Part shown: piece by piece, positions 1 to 7,777 of the stretch | Numbering within the stretch: the first letter of the stretch is position 1 | How the letters are laid out: every line of letters begins with the position of its first letter | Assembly: GCA_943787795.1 (NCBI GenBank) | Contig: CALSNU010000001.1 | Span: 1,248,001-1,312,000 of the forward strand | Length of the DNA stretch: 64,000 nucleotides | Reading direction: 5' to 3' | Origin: an uncultured bacterium | GTDB lineage: Bacteria; Planctomycetota; UBA1135; GCA-002686595 | The notes under the pieces: generated by a model | What the model was told of the DNA's origin: nothing | Databases searched by the model: none | Seen by the model: only the letters and a program-made list of their open reading frames with translations | Made by a program: the position numbers and the translations under genes

Positions 1-1
1 G

Positions 2-721
2 GGCGTCGCCCCTGACGAGGCACCGTTCTACGGGATCAGCGCCGCGGACGTGGACGGGGACGGGGACCTCGACCTCTTCGGGGCGCGGTATGTCTCGACG
101 CACTACGCCGACACGGTCCCGGTTCCTTTCGAGGACGCCCGCAACGGGCCCTCGAACGTGCTCTTCCGCAACGACGGCGGACGACTCGTGGACGCCACCG
201 CGGCCGCGGGGCTGGACTCCGGAGGCGGGCGATTCAGCCTCCAGGGGACCTTCGGAGACTTCGACCTCGACGGCGATCCCGACCTGTATGTGGTGAACGA
301 CTTCGGCCGGAACCAGCTCTTCGTCAACAGGGGAGGGCAGTTTGTGGACGAGGCGGCGGCCTTCGGTGTGGAGGATCAGGGAGCCGGCATGGGGGCGTCC
401 TGGTCCGACTTCGATCGGGATGGGGACCTCGACCTCTACGTCACCAACATGTTCTCCTCGGCGGGACGCCGGGTCGCGTTTCAGGAGGGCTTCGCGCCCG
501 AGAGGACCGAGGAGGAGCGGGCGGAGATCCGCCGGCTGAGCCTGGGGAACAGCCTCTTCGTTCGTGATGGGGCTCGCTTCGTCGACCGGTCCGATGAGGC
601 CGGCGTACGGATGGGGCGCTGGGCCTGGGGCGCCGTGTTCGCCGACCTGAACGCTGACGGTTTCGACGACCTGGTCAGCCCGGCCGGGTTCCTGACGGGG
701 CCAGAGCCAGGCGACCTCTGA
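2..721 (+). CDS. FG-GAP/VCBS repeat (CRTAC1-like) protein, 5'-truncated; probably continues through UGA into 722..1825
   Basis: Frame is open from base 2 (GVAPDEAPFYGISAADVDGDGDLDL...). Repeated D-x-D-x-D-G-D-x-D-L motifs, plus NxLFxN and GRWAWG..F.DLN.DG motifs of CRTAC1/ASPIC proteins. Ends GFLTGPEPGDL-TGA. Confidence 0.85.
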   Translation, partial: GVAPDEAPFYGISAADVDGDGDLDLFGARYVSTHYADTVPVPFEDARNGPSNVLFRNDGGRLVDATAAAGLDSGGGRFSLQGTFGDFDLDGDPDLYVVNDFGRNQLFVNRGGQFVDEAAAFGVEDQGAGMGASWSDFDRDGDLDLYVTNMFSSAGRRVAFQEGFAPERTEEERAEIRRLSLGNSLFVRDGARFVDRSDEAGVRMGRWAWGAVFADLNADGFDDLVSPAGFLTGPEPGDL

Positions 722-758
722 AGCTCGTTCTGGCGGCGCGTGGCGCCGCAGCCGAGCT
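719..758 (+). promoter_or_regulatory. Candidate bacterial SECIS element directly 3' of in-frame UGA
   Basis: TGA 719-721. AGCTCG 722-727 pairs with CGAGCT 753-758; CT 730-731 with AG 750-751; G732 bulged; GCGGCGC 733-739 pairs with GCGCCGC 743-749; apical loop GTG 740-742 starts 18 nt after UGA. Confidence 0.65.
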
Positions 759-1825
759 CCGGGGAAGGCGCCGGCGACTACGTGTCGGCGTGGGGGGAGA
801 TCGCTCGGTCCATGGAGTCGGGTGTCTCGTGGAGCGGCCACGAGCGGAACGTGGCCTGGCTAAATTTGGAGCGCGGCGAGTTTGTGGACGTCTCGGCGGT
901 CAGCGGGCTCGATCACGCGGAGGACGGGCGGGTCGCCCTCCGCTGTGATTGGGACGGAGACGGCGACCTGGACCTGTGGCTGCGCTTTCGGAGCGGACCG
1001 ACCCTGCGCTACCTGGAGAACCAGGCGGATCCGGAGCGGCACCTCGCCTTCGATCCGGGCGTGCCAGGCGCATCGGTCGTGGTCGAGACGCGTCTCGGGG
1101 AAGTCGTGCACCGTACGCTCCTCCAGACCCGAACGGCGGACGGGTACCTCGCCGGTGTTCGTCAACGTGCGGTGCTCGCCTTGCAACCGAACGAGGTGGT
1201 GCTCGATGGCGCGGCCCTCGCCTCGCAAGGGGCCCGGGTGGTGGAGAGGCCGGAGCCCCGGCCAGCACTGGCAGCCGGTGAGCTGCAGCCCGTGGACCTG
1301 CCGGCGCGGGTCGTGCTGCGCTCGTCGCTCTCTCTTCCGGGGGAGTGGCTCGGCCAGATGGGCTTTGAGCGGGGCCGGGCGCAACTCGTCATCGTGGAGG
1401 ACCCTGATTGCGCCGCGTGCCGCGAGGTCCTGCCGGCGGCGGTCGCCGCCGTCGAACGGGACGGTCGCCTGGGGCTGACCCGGCTGAACACGCGGAACCC
1501 AGCGGCTGGTTCAGCCGTCCCATGGTTATCGATGATCGCAACGCACCTCCTCGGCCCCGGGGCCGAACTTGACACACCGCTGTCGCTGCTGGTCGGGCCG
1601 GACGGGCGGCTGGAGGTCGCTCGCGTGGGTGACCTCGAGTGGGGCGATTTGTCGCGCGATGTCGGCTGGTTCGGCCTCCAGCCCGTCCAGGGGGCGTTTC
1701 GGTCGTCCTTCGATCCGCCGGGCGTCTCACGCTGGTTCCACGGGATGGCCCGGTCCACCGCCCCGCTGGCACAAGATCTCCTCGAGGCTGGCTTCGTTTC
1801 CGAGTCAGCCCACTATTCTAAATAG
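722..1825 (+). CDS. C-terminal segment of the FG-GAP/ASPIC-UnbV-like protein with thioredoxin-like CxxC region (stand-alone ORF 740..1825 if there is no readthrough)
   Basis: Same frame as the upstream ORF; reads SSFWRRVAPQ after the UGA. SWSGHERN..WLN, DVSAVSGLD..EDGR, CDWDGDGDLDL, later DPDCAACREVLP. Confidence 0.75.
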   Translation, partial: SSFWRRVAPQPSSGEGAGDYVSAWGEIARSMESGVSWSGHERNVAWLNLERGEFVDVSAVSGLDHAEDGRVALRCDWDGDGDLDLWLRFRSGPTLRYLENQADPERHLAFDPGVPGASVVVETRLGEVVHRTLLQTRTADGYLAGVRQRAVLALQPNEVVLDGAALASQGARVVERPEPRPALAAGELQPVDLPARVVLRSSLSLPGEWLGQMGFERGRAQLVIVEDPDCAACREVLPAAVAAVERDGRLGLTRLNTRNPAAGSAVPWLSMIATHLLGPGAELDTPLSLLVGPDGRLEVARVGDLEWGDLSRDVGWFGLQPVQGAFRSSFDPPGVSRWFHGMARSTAPLAQDLLEAGFVSESAHYSK

Positions 1826-1870
1826 TCAAGGGTACTCCGGCTCCCCAGGCCTTCTCCCATCCACCCTCCC

Positions 1871-3652
1871 ATGAAGCTCGACACCATTCTCCTCACGGCG
1901 GCGCTCGCGCCCGTGTTCGCGTCCCTCTGCGCTGCGCAGTCCACCAACTGGGCGACGTTCGTCCGGGAAGACTCCCGCGTCAGCGCGCCCAGCGGGCTCG
2001 TCCTTCAGGACAGCCAGGAGAAGGACATGGCCTGGGGGGACTTCGACCGAGACGGTTGGATCGACCTGCTCGTGGTCCGCAAGCAGCCGTTCACGACCCA
2101 GGGACGCTATCGCAACGTGCTCCTGATGAACGAGTCGGGGACCTTGACCGAGCGTTCCAGCCAGTACGCCTCCGCGTCCTCGGTGGCGGGGGATCAGGGC
2201 TTCCTGACACCGACCAACGATCGCGACGTGGCTGTCGGAGACCTCGACGGCGACGGGTGGCTCGACTTCGTCACCGCCACGACGTTCTCGCCGGGGGAGG
2301 CCAAGCACATCTCGCACCCCCGCGTCTACATGAACCTGGGTGAGGTCAACGGCCAGTGGCAGGGCTTCTTCCACGACGAGGCGCGCATCCCGGACTGGGG
2401 GACCTACCCCAACATGTGCGGGGTCGCGATCGGCGATGTGACCGGAGACGGCTTCCCCGAGATCTACTTCAGCCACTACGAGCAGCAGGCACAGGTGGAC
2501 CTCAACGACCGCCTCCTCATCAACGACGGGAGCGGGTTCTTCAACGATGAGAGCTCGGCGCGGATGACGACGGCAATGCGCGCGTCATCCTTTGGCACGT
2601 CTGCCACCATCGCGGACATGAACCTGGACGGCGCCAACGACGTGGTCAGCATCTCTGGCTCAGGCGCCACGGGGGGCTTGACCCGTTCATCGATCGCGTA
2701 CAACAACCCGAACAGCGAGGGCTTCTTCAACATCCTCCAGGAGCCGTACAGCGGTGCGCCCTACCACGTGGCCGTGGGGGACCTGAACAATGACGGGCAG
2801 CCGGACCTGATCATCAGCGATGACGCCGACGACCGCTACCTGCTCAACCAGGGCAACGACCTGTTCGGGCGAGTGAGTTGGGGACCGGCGAGCACCTTCG
2901 GGACGGACGACGGCTTCGGCAGCAATAACCTGATCGTCGACCTGAACGGCGACGAGTTCCCCGAGGCGATCATCTGCGACGTCGACGTCGACATCTCTGG
3001 GTGCAACCGCCGCCTTCACATCTATCACAACCGCGGCGGCACCGTCGGCGGGATGGTCACCCTGCGCGAGGAGCGCTCGGGAAGCACGTACGGCGCCAAC
3101 GGCCTGCCTGAGCTCGAGGGGGTGCACGATGTGGCGCCCATCGATATCGATAACGACGGCGACCTTGATTTGGTCATCGGTCGCTGCAGCGGGACGCGGG
3201 TGTACATGAACCAGCGGGACCTGCTCGGCTCGGACTACTGCCAGGACGCCAACGGCAACTCCAGCGGCGTCCCGGCGGACATCAGCGCCGTTGGCAGCCC
3301 GGTGCTCGAGGACAACGACGTCACGCTCGTCTGCGAGGACATGCCGGCGAACACGTTCGGCTTCTTCCTCGCGAGCAGGACGCGCGGCTTCCTCCCGAAC
3401 CCGGGCGGCAGCCTGGGCGACCTCTGCATCCTCGGCGACATCGGCCGCTACGTCGCGCCGGGCCAGATCCTGAACTCCGGCGCCGCCGGGACGATTCAGC
3501 TGGCCATCGACGTGGACAACATCCCGCAGCCGACGGGCAGCGTCGGGATGCTCGCCGGTGAGAAGTGGCAGTTCCAGACCTGGTTCCGCGACAACCTGCT
3601 GGGCATCACGACCAGCAACTTCTCGGACGCGGTCTCGATCGAGCTCCGATGA
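1871..3652 (+). CDS. Secreted FG-GAP/VCBS repeat (beta-propeller) protein with conserved C-terminal domain
   Basis: Signal peptide MKLDTILLTAALAPVFASLCAA. About seven GDxDxDGxxD motifs. C-terminal ~135 aa homologous to the C-terminus of 14101..16254. Confidence 0.88.
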   Translation: MKLDTILLTAALAPVFASLCAAQSTNWATFVREDSRVSAPSGLVLQDSQEKDMAWGDFDRDGWIDLLVVRKQPFTTQGRYRNVLLMNESGTLTERSSQYASASSVAGDQGFLTPTNDRDVAVGDLDGDGWLDFVTATTFSPGEAKHISHPRVYMNLGEVNGQWQGFFHDEARIPDWGTYPNMCGVAIGDVTGDGFPEIYFSHYEQQAQVDLNDRLLINDGSGFFNDESSARMTTAMRASSFGTSATIADMNLDGANDVVSISGSGATGGLTRSSIAYNNPNSEGFFNILQEPYSGAPYHVAVGDLNNDGQPDLIISDDADDRYLLNQGNDLFGRVSWGPASTFGTDDGFGSNNLIVDLNGDEFPEAIICDVDVDISGCNRRLHIYHNRGGTVGGMVTLREERSGSTYGANGLPELEGVHDVAPIDIDNDGDLDLVIGRCSGTRVYMNQRDLLGSDYCQDANGNSSGVPADISAVGSPVLEDNDVTLVCEDMPANTFGFFLASRTRGFLPNPGGSLGDLCILGDIGRYVAPGQILNSGAAGTIQLAIDVDNIPQPTGSVGMLAGEKWQFQTWFRDNLLGITTSNFSDAVSIELR

Positions 3653-3732
3653 GCCGCTGAGCCGCTGAGCGACCCCGCGTGAGGGCCGCGCCGCACCCGC
3701 GGCGCGGCCCTCGCTGCAATAATGGAGGACCC

Positions 3733-4374
3733 ATGAGCGCCACCGAGCTTGATCGCCTGAGAGCGACGGACGTCTACCTGATCGACCAGATATTGAAGGG
3801 GCGCCTGGACGGCCTTGGGTGCGTCGTGGATGTGGGCGCGGGGGCCGGGAGGAACCTGCCCTGGTTCGTCGGACGTGCGGAGCGGGTCGTCGCCCTCGAC
3901 CCCCGTCCGGAGGCCTTCGAGGCCATGGACGAGGCCTTCTTTGAGCTCGGCCTCACCGCCACGGCGAGGGCCGGGGTGGAGCGCGTGCTGGGACGCATCG
4001 AGGACGCGCCGCTCGAGCCGGGCACCGCGGACCTCGTCATCTGCAATGCGGTCCTGCACTTCGCCGCAGATGCCGCTGAGTTCGAGGCGATGCTGCGGGG
4101 GGCCTGGGCGCTCGTGGCTCCCGGCGGGATGTTCTTCGCTCGCCTGGCGTCGAGCGTCGGGATCGAGGGCGGCCTCGTTCCTCTCGGGGGGGGGCGATTC
4201 CTGCTGCCTGACGAGTCCGAGCGCTTCCTAGTGGACGCTCGCGGGCTCGAGGAGTGGCCGGACCGCCTCGGTGCAGAGCGGCTGGAGCCGGTGAAGACGA
4301 CGGTGGTCTCAGGTCTGCGTGCCATGAGCACCTGGGTCTTGCGCGCGGCAGGTGGAGAGGAGACTCTCCTGTGA
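3733..4374 (+). CDS. Class I SAM-dependent methyltransferase
   Basis: VVDVGAGAGRN (motif I), ADLVICNAVLHFA, LVAPGG. GGAGGA RBS at 3724-3729 before ATG 3733. Confidence 0.85.
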   Translation: MSATELDRLRATDVYLIDQILKGRLDGLGCVVDVGAGAGRNLPWFVGRAERVVALDPRPEAFEAMDEAFFELGLTATARAGVERVLGRIEDAPLEPGTADLVICNAVLHFAADAAEFEAMLRGAWALVAPGGMFFARLASSVGIEGGLVPLGGGRFLLPDESERFLVDARGLEEWPDRLGAERLEPVKTTVVSGLRAMSTWVLRAAGGEETLL

Positions 4375-4964
4375 TGAAGCGACTTCATCTGCTGGCGCTG
4401 ATCCCCTCCGCCGTGCTCCTGACCATGGTGGTCGCCGTCCAGCTCGCCGCCTCTCGGGCGGAGCGCGCCCAGCCGCAGGCGGACCTCGACATGATGATCA
4501 CCATGCCTAGCGGGGGCTCGCGACCGCTCCGTGAGGTCCTCGCTAGGTTGGAGCCACGGGCGGCGGCGTCCGAGACCAAGGAGACGCCGCCCTCAGTGCG
4601 CCCCGACCCTCTCCGCCGCGATGAGGAGCGCGGCGAAGATGTGGTCGAGCGGGCATTCGACCTGCAGGTCGCTGGGGAAGTGGAGCTCCCGACACTCTGC
4701 GAACTCGCCGAGCAGAGGTTCCGCGCCGGGGACCTCGCCCAAGCCAGGGCGCTCTATGCCTCGGTCGCCCCCGACGAGCCGGGCTACTCGCTCGCGCAGC
4801 GCCGGATCGGCTGGGAGATCCAGACGAAGCTGGACGGTGATCCGCTCGCCGGAGTGGGGAGCGTCAACCGGAGCCTCCGCGCCGACCCGATGGACGGGAA
4901 CGCCTGGCAGGACGCCAGCCGCGTGTACGTCGAGAGCCTGGCCTCGGTCTTCCGCTTCCGCTGA
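4374..4964 (+). CDS. Hypothetical membrane-anchored protein with TPR-like helices
   Basis: ATG overlaps the upstream TGA (TGATG). N-terminal hydrophobic segment; helical LAEQRFRAGDLAQARALY and DPMDGNAW motifs. Confidence 0.6.
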   Translation: MKRLHLLALIPSAVLLTMVVAVQLAASRAERAQPQADLDMMITMPSGGSRPLREVLARLEPRAAASETKETPPSVRPDPLRRDEERGEDVVERAFDLQVAGEVELPTLCELAEQRFRAGDLAQARALYASVAPDEPGYSLAQRRIGWEIQTKLDGDPLAGVGSVNRSLRADPMDGNAWQDASRVYVESLASVFRFR

Positions 4965-4971
4965 GGGGCGC

Positions 4972-6234
4972 TCAGGCGAGGTCGTAGTCGATCGAGCCGG
5001 TCAGCACATCGCGGCGCCCCGCGACCTCTGCCTTGAGGGCATCGACCAGGCGCTCGCGTTCGTCGTAGAGGCGGAAGCCGCGGTCGTCGCGGAGGTATCC
5101 GCGGGACTCGGGGTGCCGCTCCAGCAGCGTGGCCTCGCCCAGCTCGTCGCGCAGGCGGCGCAGGCGGTCTCGCTTGTCGAGCAGCGCCTTGGTGAGGAAG
5201 GGCATCACCGTCGAGTAGTCCGCCTGCATGGACTCGGTGGTCTGCAGGTACGCGTCCTTGTCGACCTTGCCCCAGGTGACCGCCTCGGCCGGTGGGCAGG
5301 AGGAGAGGGAGCCGTCGGTCACGGGCGCCGTCGTGATCTGGATGTCGTAGAGGAAGCCCTCGACGTCCTCGAGCCCGAGGATCTGGCTCAGGGCAGGCTC
5401 CGGCTGGAGGTTGAAGTTCTTCGGGACGCCTCCGCCGAGGACGAGCGTCCCCAGCGCCTTTGCGCTGGACTCGCGCTGCCCCCAGACGTGATAGGCGCAG
5501 CTCTCGAAGACCTCGGCGTGCAGATCGAGCTCGAAGGCGTGCTCGAGCATCCCCGCCCCGGCCATGGCCCAGAGCTTCATGGAGTTCAGGAAGACGGAGC
5601 CGTCGGCGGGGGCGCCCACGAAGACCGGGATGGCCTTGCGGTGGCAGAGGGCGAGGAGGCCCTCCGGAGCACCGTTACGCTCTTCCTGTCGGGCAAACCG
5701 CGCGCCGAGGAGGTGGCGCAGCTCGGTGCCGGTCATCTTCTTCTGGAACTCTGGCTCCCGGAGGACCGCGCTCAGGAAGCGGTCCTGTCCGAGGAGCACG
5801 TTCTCGTCAAAGCCAACGTCGGTGATCCGGATGACCCGGTGCTCGCGCAGGGCCCCGTCGTCTCCGTTGAGGGGCACCTCGTGGATCGGGTGCTCCGCGG
5901 CGTCGTCGAGGGCCCGGTGCCCGTCGTGGTAACAGACCGCGTCCGTGGTCGAGACCAGGCAGAACCAGCCCGTGTCGAGCAGGGGGTTCAGCCACGCGAT
6001 GTGCTGCCCCGAAGCGGTCACAGGGCCCGCCACAGCCAGCGTCATGGGGACGCCCTCGCCGATGGCGCGGTCGAGCAGCTTCCAGACGCGTCGGACGTAG
6101 CCGCCGCCGAAGCTCGGGAAGGCGTCCTCGATGAGGTGGTCGAGGTGGCGCACCTCGGTCACCGGGCGGTGCCGCAGGGGCGCGCCGCCCTGGGCGCAGG
6201 CCCCGGCGGGGGAGGAGTCGCGTCGGGTGGGCAT
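4972..6234 (-). CDS. Deoxyhypusine synthase-like (homospermidine biosynthesis-type) protein
   Basis: IPVFVGAPADGS, LVLGGGVPKNF, YDIQITTAPVTDGSLSSCPPAEAVTWGKV (catalytic Lys region), ADYSTVMP. Start chosen at ATG 6234 because the longer ORF overlaps nadA. Confidence 0.85.
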   Translation of the reverse strand: MPTRRDSSPAGACAQGGAPLRHRPVTEVRHLDHLIEDAFPSFGGGYVRRVWKLLDRAIGEGVPMTLAVAGPVTASGQHIAWLNPLLDTGWFCLVSTTDAVCYHDGHRALDDAAEHPIHEVPLNGDDGALREHRVIRITDVGFDENVLLGQDRFLSAVLREPEFQKKMTGTELRHLLGARFARQEERNGAPEGLLALCHRKAIPVFVGAPADGSVFLNSMKLWAMAGAGMLEHAFELDLHAEVFESCAYHVWGQRESSAKALGTLVLGGGVPKNFNLQPEPALSQILGLEDVEGFLYDIQITTAPVTDGSLSSCPPAEAVTWGKVDKDAYLQTTESMQADYSTVMPFLTKALLDKRDRLRRLRDELGEATLLERHPESRGYLRDDRGFRLYDERERLVDALKAEVAGRRDVLTGSIDYDLA

Positions 6235-6269
6235 GGGGTCGAGTGTACGGGGTCCGGCCGAGCCGGGCC

Positions 6270-7631
6270 TCAGGCCCCCGCTCGCTCGGTGACCGTGATC
6301 ATGTTCTCCAGGGCGAGCCTGGCCTCGGCCTTCAGCTCCTCGCGCTCCGCGTCCGTGAGCCGGTCGCGGCGACCGGTGATCTCGTCCACCGAGTCTCCGG
6401 CGAGGACTCGGTTGGCCTGGGGGGCCTCGCCGCGTCGGAGCAGGTCGAGCATGCCCGCGAGATGGGGCGGGTCGTTGCGGCTCATGGTGGCGCACCCGCA
6501 GCCGGCCGCGAGGGAGCCTGGGACCTCCGCGAGGTGGACGATGTCCACTCCGCGCTTCGCGCCCTCTACCTTCGCGTTTCGCACGAAGTGCCCCTCCGTT
6601 CCGATGGCCAGTCGATCTCCGGGCGCCGCGTCCATGACGGCCTTCCAGAGGAAGTTCGTGCTCCCGCTGCCGTCCGCGACGCGGACGGTCTCGACCGGCG
6701 ACTCGGGGTGGACCAGGACCGTGCGGCCCTCGTTCTTCCAATGGTGGACCATCTCCGGCTTGAAGACGGTGTGCACGCCGCAGAACGAGCCCCAGAGGAT
6801 CATCTCTGCCGCGTCGAGGGCCTCGAGGCCGCCTTCAACGTCCTCCAACCGATACGCTCCGGAGAACGTGCCCGGGTCCGGGAGCGCGAGGAGGCTCGCG
6901 GGATCCATGCCGAGCTGGTCGGCCACGTTGCGTCCGAGGTGCTGGTCGGGCACGAAGAAGATCTTCTTGCCCTGCTCGCGCGCCCAGCGCACCACGTGCT
7001 GGGCGTTGGAGCTGGTGCAGACCGCGCCGCCCGTCCGGCCCGCGAGGGCCTTGAGCCGGCCCGACGTGTTCATGTAAGCCACCACGAGCAGGTCGTCGCC
7101 GTAGCGCTCGATGAGCTGATCCGCGATAGGCAGGACCATGTGGTCCTTGGCGAGCATCTCCATCGTGCAGCCGGCCTTCGGGTTGGTGATCCAGACCTCC
7201 TGGTGGGGATGGCTCAGGACGGCGACGGTCTCTGCCATGAAGTGGACGGCAGACTCGACGATCACGCGCTTGTCCGGGTTGCGCTCGGCCTGGAGAGCGA
7301 GCACGTAGCTGTCCGAGACGGCTCCGTGGTACCGCTCGACCAGCTTCACGATCTCTCCGCCCATATAAAAGTGAGCCAGCAGCAGCAGCTCGTCGCCGAA
7401 GTGCTCGATGGCCGGGACAACATATCGGTCCAGCCAGGGCAGGACCGTCTCCGGGGTTCGATCCGGGAGGGCCAGGTACTCCTCGGCGTAGGGCCGGAAC
7501 TCCTCCTGGTACCAGTCCAGGGGCAGATCGGTCTGACAGATCGGAATTCCGGCCTCCAGGGTCAGGCCAGTGGGCCGAACCTCCGACGATAGAGACGTGG
7601 ACGGTGCGTTGCTGGGTCGATCGGGGGACAT
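6270..7631 (-). CDS. nadA: Quinolinate synthase
   Basis: LAHFY, SDSYVLA, VHFMAET, AGCTM, YMNTS, CTSSNA, FVPDQHLGRN, FCGVH, VHPE, GTEGH, CATM. The three Fe-S Cys are retained. Start uncertain (7631 or 7703). Confidence 0.92.
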   Translation of the reverse strand: MSPDRPSNAPSTSLSSEVRPTGLTLEAGIPICQTDLPLDWYQEEFRPYAEEYLALPDRTPETVLPWLDRYVVPAIEHFGDELLLLAHFYMGGEIVKLVERYHGAVSDSYVLALQAERNPDKRVIVESAVHFMAETVAVLSHPHQEVWITNPKAGCTMEMLAKDHMVLPIADQLIERYGDDLLVVAYMNTSGRLKALAGRTGGAVCTSSNAQHVVRWAREQGKKIFFVPDQHLGRNVADQLGMDPASLLALPDPGTFSGAYRLEDVEGGLEALDAAEMILWGSFCGVHTVFKPEMVHHWKNEGRTVLVHPESPVETVRVADGSGSTNFLWKAVMDAAPGDRLAIGTEGHFVRNAKVEGAKRGVDIVHLAEVPGSLAAGCGCATMSRNDPPHLAGMLDLLRRGEAPQANRVLAGDSVDEITGRRDRLTDAEREELKAEARLALENMITVTERAGA

Positions 7632-7777
7632 TCTGGGTCTCCTGTGGGGCGGAAGACGCCGCCCGGACAGCGCACAGTCTAGGCCGGAAGCGGTCCGTTC
7701 CATCCCCTCCCATCGACTCGTAAGCTGCGCATTCCTCAGGATCCTCCCGACTCGCAGCCCCCGACGGACGTCGAATC

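Noticed and set aside
3650..3672. GAGCCGCT short tandem repeat after the FG-GAP gene
   Set aside because: Under three copies of 8 bp; compatible with simple slippage.
4531..7077. 848-aa plus-strand ORF and similar long antisense ORFs (e.g. 12340..13866, 14044..15606, 27232..28851, 51707..53023)
   Set aside because: They lie opposite well-supported genes, have no recognisable motifs, and are the expected shadow ORFs of high-GC DNA.
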